Source: a bacterium
Lineage (GTDB): Bacteria > Electryoneota > RPQS01
Assembly (NCBI GenBank): GCA_026394155.1
Contig: JAPKYT010000109.1
Location: 1 to 59,037, forward strand
Length of the DNA stretch: 59,037 nucleotides
Reading direction: 5' to 3'
Position numbers and translations under genes: made by a program. How positions within the stretch are numbered: position 1 is the first letter of the stretch; the number at the start of each line of letters is the position of its first letter. This document shows, piece after piece, positions 1-7,696 of this stretch. The notes beneath the pieces were generated by a model. That model ran no database searches. It saw nothing but the letters and a program-made list of their open reading frames with translations, and was not told the origin of the DNA.

Positions 1-376
1 CCTTTGATTCGGCGCGGGTCGGAGAGCACGACATCCACGCCAGTCTGACGGGCTATCTGACCGTTTATGGCGAGGTGCGTGTTCCGGATGGCGGGACTGC
101 CCATGTGACTCTGATTTTGCGTCCCATTCCGACCGGCGTCGGCCGAGTCGAGGGGATTGTGCTGCTCCCGAATGAAGGCGGCCCGGCGGCAGGTGCAACG
201 GTGGTTCTGTTTCGGGCGCGCGGCGATAGTCTGGTCACCGTGTCCGATGATTCCGGTCACTTTGCCTTTGATTCGGCGCGGGTCGGAGAGCACGACATCC
301 ACGCCAGCCTGACGGGCTATCTGACCGTTTACGGCGAGGTGCGTGTTCCGGACGGCGGGACTGCCCATATCGTGCT
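1..376 (+). repeat. in-gene tandem duplication, period 264 bp (88 codons); nt 1-104 vs 265-368
   Basis: Direct comparison gives 101 of 104 nt identical. The three differences (nt 44, 68, 89) are all synonymous third-codon positions (agt/agc, tat/tac, gat/gac). Similarity drops after ..gcccat. Confidence 0.9.
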
Positions 377-1610
377 GGTTCTGCGGTCGGTCGGCGGCAC
401 GGTCGAAGGCTTCGTTACACTCAGCGACCAGACACCGGTGAACGATGCCCTGGTCCGCGTGTTCCGGCACGGTGAACCGCGGGACTATCACACCCAAACC
501 GACTCCACCGGACACTTCTCGATGGAGCATGTGCAGGCGGGCGCCTACACGATTACCGCGATGGCGTTCATGCACGGCTTTGCCACGGCTGAAATCGTGG
601 TGGCCGACAGCCAGGTCACTCAGGTGACGCTGGTTCTCAACGATTCGACGAACGGCGGTCACCATCACGGTGACACACTCGCCACGGTGGAGCTGACGGG
701 AATTGCCTTGGTGGTGTATCCCGACAGCGCCAATCATCCGCACTGGATCAGCTACTACATTGACGTGAACTACGATGGAGCGGCTGACTATCGTCTTTCC
801 TTCGGGCCCCCGTGGTATGAACCGCAAAGCGGTGCTCACCGTCCCGCCAATGGCGACTCGATTTCCGTTTACGGCGGCCTGCTGACCTTCTCGACGCCGC
901 CCATGGTGGTCGTCTATGAGATCAACGGCCTGTTCTGGCGCGAGCCGTTTCACGGTCACGGCGGCCAGGGCGGTGGTGATCACGGACGCGAAGGCTGCAA
1001 TTCGGACAGTGTGACCCGGGTCGAACTTGAGGGCACGGCGGTGGTCTTCAGCGGCGAAGGCTGCCACGGCGAGCGCACGCTCTACGCGATCGCCGCCGGC
1101 CCCGGCAACATCAGCGCCAATCTCGATTTTGGACGGCCTGATTATGATCCGGGCAACGGGGCTCTTCGCCCGCAGAATGGCGACGAGATTGCCATTGTGG
1201 GAGGACAGATTTACTGTCCGAATGCTCCCGTACCGACGGTGATCGTGTACGAGATCAACGGCCTTTTCTGGCGCGAACCGGGCGATACTGTGGGTCTGGG
1301 AGCTCTGCCCGAGTCGGTCGAGGAACCGGTGACGGTCGGTGCGCCGCTCAGCCATTTGATGGCGCGCAACTACCCGAATCCGTTCAACCCGACCACGACG
1401 ATCCGCTATTCCATTCCGGTGTCCGGCCACGTGAACCTGACGGTCTATGATCTGCAGGGTCGCGAAGTCGCGGTCCTGGTCAACGGGATTCAAACGGCCG
1501 CCACCTATGCGGTAACGTGCGACGGCAGCGCATTCACCTCCGGCGTCTATTTCTACCGCTTGACCGCCGGAAACGAGACGTTCACCGGCCGGATGATGCT
1601 CCTCAAATAG
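1..1610 (+). CDS. secreted multi-domain protein (5' partial): CarboxypepD_reg-like beta-sandwich repeats, two copies of an uncharacterised ~90-aa module, T9SS type-A C-terminal sorting domain
   Basis: The frame is open from nt 3, and nt 1-104 repeat nt 265-368 in frame, so the CDS enters from the left edge and the track's start at 75 is internal. Repeated motif ..VEG.V.L......GA.V.......D..G.F.F......G.H.I.A...GY..V is carboxypeptidase-regulatory-like. The C-terminus RNYPNPFNPTTTIRYSIPVSGHVNLTVYDLQGREV..GVYFYRLTAGNETFTGRMMLLK is a T9SS sorting domain. Confidence 0.75.
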   Translation, partial: FDSARVGEHDIHASLTGYLTVYGEVRVPDGGTAHVTLILRPIPTGVGRVEGIVLLPNEGGPAAGATVVLFRARGDSLVTVSDDSGHFAFDSARVGEHDIHASLTGYLTVYGEVRVPDGGTAHIVLVLRSVGGTVEGFVTLSDQTPVNDALVRVFRHGEPRDYHTQTDSTGHFSMEHVQAGAYTITAMAFMHGFATAEIVVADSQVTQVTLVLNDSTNGGHHHGDTLATVELTGIALVVYPDSANHPHWISYYIDVNYDGAADYRLSFGPPWYEPQSGAHRPANGDSISVYGGLLTFSTPPMVVVYEINGLFWREPFHGHGGQGGGDHGREGCNSDSVTRVELEGTAVVFSGEGCHGERTLYAIAAGPGNISANLDFGRPDYDPGNGALRPQNGDEIAIVGGQIYCPNAPVPTVIVYEINGLFWREPGDTVGLGALPESVEEPVTVGAPLSHLMARNYPNPFNPTTTIRYSIPVSGHVNLTVYDLQGREVAVLVNGIQTAATYAVTCDGSAFTSGVYFYRLTAGNETFTGRMMLLK

Positions 1611-1666
1611 CGGCAAGTTCCGTTGGGTCTCGGTGTCTGAATCAGCACTTGCATAGCACTTGAAGT

Positions 1667-1702
1667 GAACCCCTGCGGGACTGCCGCAGGGGTTCTTGTT
1701 TG
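1667..1702 (+). terminator. rho-independent terminator
   Basis: Perfect 12-bp stem gaacccctgcgg (1667-1678) / ccgcaggggttc (1684-1695), 5-nt loop, then ttgtttg. It lies 57 nt after the stop at 1610. Confidence 0.65.
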
Positions 1703-1983
1703 TCCCCAGACAACTACCATGTGTCGGCAGCATCACCAGGTGACTCAACACCCGGATGACCGGAGGAAACCCCTCGTCCGCTGGCGGGCTGACGTTCCCC
1801 ACGTACGTCTCTGAGCGCCGACCAAATGGCCACACGGGGTGTTGCACATACGATACGCACCTAATACCCTCGGGTGGGAGACGCTCGGGTCGCGCAATGC
1901 CTCTCTCTTTGCGCAGAACCAGCGTCTGAGCTAAACTCAGTTGAAATAGACACCAAGGGGCCTGATACCTGCGGGTAACGGCC

Positions 1984-2012
1984 TTGACACTTTGGCGGGA
2001 TTTGCTTAAATT
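1984..2012 (+). promoter_or_regulatory. sigma70-type promoter candidate for rplU-rpmA
   Basis: TTGACA (1984-1989), 17-nt spacer, TAAATT (2007-2012). It sits 33 nt upstream of the rplU ATG. Confidence 0.45.
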
Positions 2013-2044
2013 TATAAGCTTTCAAACCCCCAATACTTTTCACC

Positions 2045-2356
2045 ATGTACGCAGTCCTATCCATCCCCGGCCGGCAGGTTCGCATCGAACCCGGACAGAC
2101 CCTGCGCGTGGACTTCATGGCCGCGCAGAAGGAAGGCGACAAGGTCGTCTTCGACAAGGTCATGCTGCTCTCCGACGGCCAGAACGTTCGCATCGGCTCG
2201 CCCTTTCTCCAAGCGTCCGTGCACGCCACTGTGGTCGCTCATGAGCGCGGTGACAAAGTCATCGTCTATAAGAAAAAGCGGCGGGTGGACTATCACAAGA
2301 AGCAAGGCCACCGCCAGCGCTTCACCACCGTGCGCATAGACTCCATCGAGGGATAA
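2045..2356 (+). CDS. rplU: 50S ribosomal protein L21
   Basis: [21 protein letters not shown]......[19 protein letters not shown].....[31 protein letters not shown] is the typical L21 pattern. It is immediately followed by rpmA, the conserved gene pair. Confidence 0.95.
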   Translation: MYAVLSIPGRQVRIEPGQTLRVDFMAAQKEGDKVVFDKVMLLSDGQNVRIGSPFLQASVHATVVAHERGDKVIVYKKKRRVDYHKKQGHRQRFTTVRIDSIEG

Positions 2357-2362
2357 TCAGCC

Positions 2363-2559
2363 ATGGCCCACAAAAAAGGACAAGGCTCTTCCCGCAACGG
2401 CCGCGACAGCCCGAGCGCGGCACCCGCATCCGCCCGGGACTCAACGTGGGCATGGGACGCGATTACACGCTGTTTGCCCTCGCCTCAGGCACGGTCAAGT
2501 TCGTCTCCTCGGAGAAGGGCACGCGCAAATCGGTACACATTGAGCCGCTCGAAGGCTAA
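2363..2559 (+). pseudogene. rpmA: 50S ribosomal protein L27 gene with an internal deletion and frameshift (or an assembly error)
   Basis: Frame 0 from 2363 reads [18 protein letters not shown], the canonical L27 N-terminus. From 2416, offset by 2 nt, it reads [47 protein letters not shown] with a stop at 2557-2559, the canonical L27 C-terminal part. About 23 residues that normally link the two halves (E. coli: [24 protein letters not shown]) are missing. Confidence 0.8.
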
Positions 2560-2609
2560 TTCCCCATATCTGAACCGCCGGGATCCGGCGCAGTCATTCC
2601 GGTTTCCTC

Positions 2610-2650
2610 CGCGCGGTCCGCTCAAATGGCCGCGCGTTGTTTTCTTCCCC
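2610..2650 (+). terminator. terminator/attenuator-like hairpin between rpmA and mdh
   Basis: 7-bp GC stem cgcgcgg (2610-2616) / ccgcgcg (2630-2636), 13-nt loop, followed by ttgttttcttcccc. Confidence 0.4.
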
Positions 2651-2682
2651 CCGTTCCCCACCACCACGTCCAAGGAGTCTCC

Positions 2683-3603
2683 ATGAAGGTTACCGTCATC
2701 GGTGCAGGCAACGTCGGCGCCTCGACCGCTTACGTTCTGGCGCAAAGAGGCATCGCCACTGAGATCGTGCTCACGGACATTCTCGCGGGTGTCCCGCAGG
2801 GCAAGGCGCTGGACATGTGTCAGTCCGGCGCGGTGGAAGGCTACGACACGCGCATCATCGGCACCAACAGCTATGCCGACACCAAGAACTCCGATGTGAT
2901 CGTGATGACCGCCGGCAAGCCGCGCAAGCCGGGCATGTCGCGCGAGGACCTGTTGGCGGTGAACATCGAAATCGTGAAGGACGCCGTGGGTCAGGCGGCT
3001 AAGATGTCGCCCAATGCCTTCATGATCGTGGTCTCGAATCCGCTCGATGCCATGTGCTACGGCGCGCTCAAGATTTCCGGTTTCAAGCCAAATCGCGTCT
3101 GCGGCATGGCGGGCATTCTCGACACGGCCCGCTTCAAGGCGTTCATCGCCATGGAGCTGGGTGTCTCGATGAAGGACATGAGCGCGATTGTGCTGGGCGG
3201 TCACGGTGACACCATGGTGCCCTGCCCGCGCCTCGCGTCCATCGGCGGCGTGCCGCTCACCAGTCTGGTCTCCAAGGAGCGCATTGACGCGATGGTGGAG
3301 CGCACGCGCAACGGCGGCGCGGAAATCGTCAAGCTGTTGGGCACCTCCGCGTGGTACGCGCCCGCGGCGGCGGCCGTGCAGATGGTGGAAAGCTACGTGC
3401 TGGACCAGAAGCGCGTGCTGCCGTGCGCCGGCTGGCTGCAAGGCGAATACGGCCTGCGCGACGTGTACATGGGAGTGCCGGTTGTGATCGGGCGCGGCGG
3501 AGTCGAAAAAATCATCGAGATTCCGCTGAGCGACGAAGAGAAGGCAATGTTCAAGGCGTCCGCCGACAAGGTTCGCGCCACCGCGGCGGAGACCAAGCTC
3601 TGA
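2683..3603 (+). CDS. mdh: malate dehydrogenase (LDH-like, NAD-dependent)
   Basis: MKVTVIGAGNVGASTAYVLA...EIVL.DI..G.PQGKALDM...........I.GTN.Y.DT..SDVIV.TAG.PRKPGMSR.DLL..N..I. RBS AAGGAG at 2672-2677, ATG at 2683. The track's start at 2626 is an upstream extension. Confidence 0.93.
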   Translation: MKVTVIGAGNVGASTAYVLAQRGIATEIVLTDILAGVPQGKALDMCQSGAVEGYDTRIIGTNSYADTKNSDVIVMTAGKPRKPGMSREDLLAVNIEIVKDAVGQAAKMSPNAFMIVVSNPLDAMCYGALKISGFKPNRVCGMAGILDTARFKAFIAMELGVSMKDMSAIVLGGHGDTMVPCPRLASIGGVPLTSLVSKERIDAMVERTRNGGAEIVKLLGTSAWYAPAAAAVQMVESYVLDQKRVLPCAGWLQGEYGLRDVYMGVPVVIGRGGVEKIIEIPLSDEEKAMFKASADKVRATAAETKL

Positions 3604-3649
3604 GATCGCTGGTGGACTCTGGCGGAAAGCCGATCGCGAGGAGGAACCG

Positions 3650-4315
3650 ATGAAGACCGTGGGAGTGGTTCTGGCCGGATGCGGCTACCTTGACGGCGCG
3701 GAGATCTATGAATCCGTTCTCACGCTTCTGTTTCTTGACCGCGCCAACGCTCCTTATCAGTGCCTCGCGCCGGACGTGCCGCAGATGCACGTGGTCAATC
3801 ATGTTACCGCCAAGGAAACGGGAGAGACGCGGCGTGTGCTGATCGAAGCGGCGCGAATTGCGCGCAGCAAGATCGAACCGCTCAGCGACGCGTGGGTCTC
3901 AAAGCTTGATGCGGTGATCTTCCCGGGCGGATTCGGCGCGGCCAAGAACTACTGCGACTACGCGCTGAAGGGTGACGATTGCTCCATCCATCCGCTGATC
4001 GAGTCGTTCATGCGCAAGTTGGTGGAAGCGCGCAAGCCCATCGGCTTGATTTGCATCGCGCCTTTGGTTCTGGCCCGGGCGCTGAAGGGAATGAACGTGC
4101 ATCCGCGGCTCACGGTGGGAGCCGAGTCGGGCGCGGCTCGCAGCGTGGAAGTCTTCGGCAGCAAGCACGTGGTCTGCCCGGTGACGGACGTGGTGGTGGA
4201 TCGTGAGCGCAAGATCGTCACCACGCCCGCCTACATGTATGACACGCGTATTGCCGATGCGGCGCAGGGAATCGAAAAACTCGTCAAGGAAATCCTTGCC
4301 CTGATGAACGCGTAA
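3650..4315 (+). CDS. elbB: ElbB-like DJ-1/PfpI-family protein (isoprenoid biosynthesis glyoxalase ElbB)
   Basis: MKTVGVVLAGCGYLDGAEIYESVLTLL.L.R......C.APD..Q.HV.NH.T......TR.VLIEAARIAR..I.PL........DA.I.PGGFGAAKN resembles E. coli ElbB along its whole length. Confidence 0.8.
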   Translation: MKTVGVVLAGCGYLDGAEIYESVLTLLFLDRANAPYQCLAPDVPQMHVVNHVTAKETGETRRVLIEAARIARSKIEPLSDAWVSKLDAVIFPGGFGAAKNYCDYALKGDDCSIHPLIESFMRKLVEARKPIGLICIAPLVLARALKGMNVHPRLTVGAESGAARSVEVFGSKHVVCPVTDVVVDRERKIVTTPAYMYDTRIADAAQGIEKLVKEILALMNA

Positions 4316-4370
4316 GCCGCCGGTGCCGTGCGGCGCGTTGATGTTCCGCAACCGGCCGAATGAAGTCCGC

Positions 4371-4410
4371 AGGGACCGGGGAATCATCTCCCGGTCCCTG
4401 TTGTGCTTGT
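4371..4410 (+). terminator. rho-independent terminator candidate after elbB
   Basis: 10-bp stem agggaccggg (4371-4380) / cccggtccct (4390-4399), 9-nt loop, then gttgtgcttgtg. Confidence 0.5.
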
Positions 4411-4480
4411 GGGCAGCGGGGAGAGACTCCCGCGCCCGTCGGGCTTGAGTTTTGCAGCAATCATCACTCCCAGAGGAACC

Positions 4481-5521
4481 ATGAGCGACCTGTTCCCCGT
4501 TGACCTGCGCAGCGACACCGTGACCAAGCCGACACCCGGCATGCGCAAGGCTATGGCCGATGCCATAGTGGGCGATGACGTGTTCGGTGAAGATCCCACG
4601 GCCAATCGCCTGCACGAACGCGTGGCCGAGATTCTGGGCAAGGAAGCCGCTCTTTTCGTTCCCAGCGGCACCATGGGAAACCAGATTTGCATCGCCGCGC
4701 AGACGAAGCCGGGCGATGAAGTGCTGTTGGATGAAAACGCACACATCTTCAACTTTGAAGGCGGCGCGCCGGCCTTGCTCTCCGGTGTGCAACTCAGACC
4801 CTTGCCGGGTAGCCGCGGCCGGCTGAACGCGGCGCAAGTCACGTCCACGGTGCGCGGAGGCGCCTCGCATCTGCCGCCCACGGTCATGGTCGCGCTGGAG
4901 AACACGCACAATCGCGCCGGCGGCAGCGTATACGAGCTGGACGAACTAACACGGATTCGAGATGCGGCGCATGCCAAAAGCCTGATCGTGCATCTCGACG
5001 GTGCGCGCATCTGGAATGCTGCGGTGGCAACCGGATGCCGCGAATCGGACATTGCTCAGTATGCCGACTCCGTCTCGGTCTGCTTCTCCAAAGGATTAGG
5101 AGCGCCGGTGGGAAGCGCGGTGGCGGGATCTCGAGAGTTCGTCGGCCGGGCGCACCGCTATCGCAAACTGTTCGGCGGAGGAATGCGTCAGGTCGGCATT
5201 CTGGCGGCGGCGGCGTTGTACGCACTGGAAAATCACCGGGAGCGCCTTGCCGAAGATCACGCCAAAGCCGCCCAGTTGACGAAGTTGCTGCTCGAAGACG
5301 GCCGCGTCACTGTTGATCAGCCCGTGCAAACCAACATCCTGATGGCCACGCTGGGCGAAACAACCGTGAGTGCGCCCGAACTCGCAAGGCGCTGCGCGCG
5401 GGACGGCGTGCTGTTTTTCCCGGAAGGCGAACGCCGACTGCGCTTGGTCACGCATCTGGACGTTCCCGCCGCGGCGATTGCACCCGCGGCTGACATCATT
5501 CGGAAGAACTTGACACCGTGA
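4481..5521 (+). CDS. ltaE: low-specificity L-threonine aldolase (PLP-dependent)
   Basis: MSDLFPVDLRSDTVTKPTPGMRKAMADA.VGDDV.GEDPT.N.L......LGKEAALFVPSGTMGNQI........PGDEV......HI is the beta-eliminating lyase / threonine aldolase pattern. ATG at 4481; the track's start at 4403 is an extension. Confidence 0.85.
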   Translation: MSDLFPVDLRSDTVTKPTPGMRKAMADAIVGDDVFGEDPTANRLHERVAEILGKEAALFVPSGTMGNQICIAAQTKPGDEVLLDENAHIFNFEGGAPALLSGVQLRPLPGSRGRLNAAQVTSTVRGGASHLPPTVMVALENTHNRAGGSVYELDELTRIRDAAHAKSLIVHLDGARIWNAAVATGCRESDIAQYADSVSVCFSKGLGAPVGSAVAGSREFVGRAHRYRKLFGGGMRQVGILAAAALYALENHRERLAEDHAKAAQLTKLLLEDGRVTVDQPVQTNILMATLGETTVSAPELARRCARDGVLFFPEGERRLRLVTHLDVPAAAIAPAADIIRKNLTP

Positions 5522-7626
5522 GTTTGATCACGTCAGATCCGATCACCGTTCTGGTCGTGGATGATGAAGAGAACATCCGCGACGTGCTGCGGAGCTTTCT
5601 CGAAGAGCTCGGCATGACCGTGCTGTTGGCGGATTCCGCCGAGGATGCGCTGGCGCGAAATGATCTTGATCGGGTGGACGTGGCGCTGCTGGACATCCGC
5701 CTGCCGGGACGCATAGACGGCCACGCGCTCCAGCAGGAACTCAACCGGCGCTTTCCCGACATGGCCAAGATTCTCATGTCGGGGCAGGCGGATCTCGACG
5801 ACGCCATTGCCGCCTTCTCGGATCAAGCCTTCTCCTTTGCCAAGAAACCGTTCTCATCCCTGAAAGAGATCGCCGTCTTGATCGCGCGCGCGGCGGAATC
5901 CAAACGACTGGAGGTTGAGAACCGGCGGTACGCGGAGCAACTGTATGAAGCCAATCGCGCGCTGGCGGAGCGGGTGACGGAAACCACGGCGGAGACCAGC
6001 CGCTATCAGCGGATTCTCTCGCATCTCTATCTGGTCAGCTCGCAGCTTGGCCGCATTGAACAGTCGGACCGGCTGCTCGATCTCATCTGTCAGGCGGTGG
6101 TGGAAGCCGGCGCCTTTCGCCGGGCGGTGGTTCTGCTGGCCGACGAGCGCTACTTGGTGAGTGGCATCGGAGTGTGGGAAGAAGGCGGTGTGGCCGAGTC
6201 CCTGAAAGATCTGCTGCGCGGTTTGCGCGGACAGCCGCTGCGACCGTTTGAGTTTCAGAGAGAGGAACGGCAGATCGGAACGGCCATTCACGCGCGCGCA
6301 CGCATCGCGCCGAGCCCATCGGCGGAAGCGGGTTGGGGCGCGGAAGACCGGCTGTTCGTGCCGCTCTTGCGGCAGGACAATTCCGTGTTCGGCTTTCTTT
6401 CGCTGGACGGGCCGGCGAATGGCGAGCCGCCGTCCGCCGAGGTCATTCGCCTGCTCGAGATACTGCTGACCAACGCCGCGCTTTATCTGGAGGCCCACAA
6501 GCTGCGCGACGAGCTCAAGAAGCGCGCCGAAGAGCTGGAACTGCGGGTACATGAGCGCACCAAGGAACTGCGGCTTTCCGAGGAGCGTTTCAGTCGTTTA
6601 GTGAATTCCACGACCGACATTGTTTATGTGACGGACGAAACCGACAAACTGGTTTTCTTGAATGAAGCGTTCACGCGGACGCTTGGGTATCTCCGCGAGA
6701 ACTACATCGGCCGAGCGTTCCGTCGCATGATCGAAGACATCGCCACCGACAATCCCATGAACCGCCGGGCCCTTCAAGAGCTGGCCGACCAGAGTGCCGA
6801 GCATTCCATTCATCACGTCGAGGTGGTGACCCGGCAGGGCGACAAGCGGACCCTCGAGATCAATCGCACGTTGGTCCTGCAAGCCGGTACGGCTCGCGGT
6901 TCGCAGGGAATCATTCGAGACATCACCGAACACCGGGTGCTCCTGAAGCAGTTGGTGGCCGCGGAACGTTTGGCGGCGACGGGACGGCTGGCAACGGGCA
7001 TCGCCCACGAGATCAATAATCCCCTCCAAGCCGTGGCCTCGCAGCTTTCCGCGGTCGAGGGCAAACTGCGCGAGCAGAAGAATCCCTCGGAGAACCTCGA
7101 GCTCATTCGCGAGGGAATTGATCGCATTCGTCAGATTGTGCGCAGCATGTTGGATCTCCATCGCGCCGCGACGGCGACACCGGGAGCCGTCCATCTTCAG
7201 GAGATCGCGGAGAAGGTGGCTGCCTTGGTGAGTCAGCAGTTGAAGGAGCACGGAATCGGTCTAACGCTCGATCTGCAGTCCGATCTTCCGGCCATCACCG
7301 GCTCGCCCCAAGAGTTGCAGCAGGTGCTGCTGAATTTGGTGCTCAACGCCGTCGAGGCCATGCCACAGGGTGGAGATCTGACCATCCGTGCGCAGGCTAC
7401 CGCCAAGACCGTTGAAGTGCAGGTGCGCGACACCGGAGTGGGCATCGCGGCGGAGCACCTGTCGCAGATCTTCGAGCCGTTTTTCACCTTCCGGGCCGCG
7501 GGCACCGGCACAGGTCTGGGACTCTATTTGAGCAGGAATATTGTGGAAGCTCATCAAGGGCGAATCAGCGTGCAGTCCGAAAAGGGCAGAGGAACGATCT
7601 TCACGATCACGTTCCCGCGCGAATGA
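5518..7626 (+). CDS. hybrid sensor histidine kinase: N-terminal receiver, GAF-like, PAS, HisKA, HATPase_c
   Basis: REC: ITVLVVDDEENIRDVL...VALLDIRLPG...K.PF. PAS: SEERFSRLVNSTTDIVYVTDE. H-box: ATGIAHEINNPLQAV. ATPase: VRDTGVGI......IFEPFFT.....GTGLGLYLSR.IV..H.G.I.V.S..G.GT.F. The GTG start overlaps the ltaE stop (gtga). Confidence 0.85.
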   Translation: MSLITSDPITVLVVDDEENIRDVLRSFLEELGMTVLLADSAEDALARNDLDRVDVALLDIRLPGRIDGHALQQELNRRFPDMAKILMSGQADLDDAIAAFSDQAFSFAKKPFSSLKEIAVLIARAAESKRLEVENRRYAEQLYEANRALAERVTETTAETSRYQRILSHLYLVSSQLGRIEQSDRLLDLICQAVVEAGAFRRAVVLLADERYLVSGIGVWEEGGVAESLKDLLRGLRGQPLRPFEFQREERQIGTAIHARARIAPSPSAEAGWGAEDRLFVPLLRQDNSVFGFLSLDGPANGEPPSAEVIRLLEILLTNAALYLEAHKLRDELKKRAEELELRVHERTKELRLSEERFSRLVNSTTDIVYVTDETDKLVFLNEAFTRTLGYLRENYIGRAFRRMIEDIATDNPMNRRALQELADQSAEHSIHHVEVVTRQGDKRTLEINRTLVLQAGTARGSQGIIRDITEHRVLLKQLVAAERLAATGRLATGIAHEINNPLQAVASQLSAVEGKLREQKNPSENLELIREGIDRIRQIVRSMLDLHRAATATPGAVHLQEIAEKVAALVSQQLKEHGIGLTLDLQSDLPAITGSPQELQQVLLNLVLNAVEAMPQGGDLTIRAQATAKTVEVQVRDTGVGIAAEHLSQIFEPFFTFRAAGTGTGLGLYLSRNIVEAHQGRISVQSEKGRGTIFTITFPRE

Positions 7627-7644
7627 CCCACGTTGGGAGACATG

Positions 7645-7676
7645 AAAAGGGCGCGCCGTCGGGCGCGCCTTTTTTC
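7645..7676. terminator. bidirectional rho-independent terminator between convergent genes
   Basis: aaaagggcgcgcc-gtc-gggcgcgcctttttt. A GC-rich stem is flanked by an A-tract on one side and a T-tract on the other. It lies between the kinase stop (7626) and the minus-strand stop at 7697. Confidence 0.75.
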
Positions 7677-7696
7677 GTGATAAGCAAGGCTGGAGA

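Noticed and set aside
1703-1983. Possible ncRNA or tRNA in the 280-nt spacer upstream of rplU, and in the other spacers longer than 100 nt.
   Set aside because: I found no tRNA cloverleaf hallmarks (GTTCGA/GTTCAA T-loop with matching acceptor arms). I also found no RNase P, tmRNA, SRP or 6S signatures that I can recognise by eye. There are only short isolated hairpins (e.g. gcgcaa..ttgcgc). A covariance-model scan would be needed to be sure.
2363-2686. 107-aa ORF starting with the L27 N-terminus and running into the mdh start.
   Set aside because: After codon ~18 it is Ser/Arg/Pro-rich nonsense, while the offset frame gives the genuine L27 C-terminus. It is a read-through product of the broken rpmA, not a novel protein.
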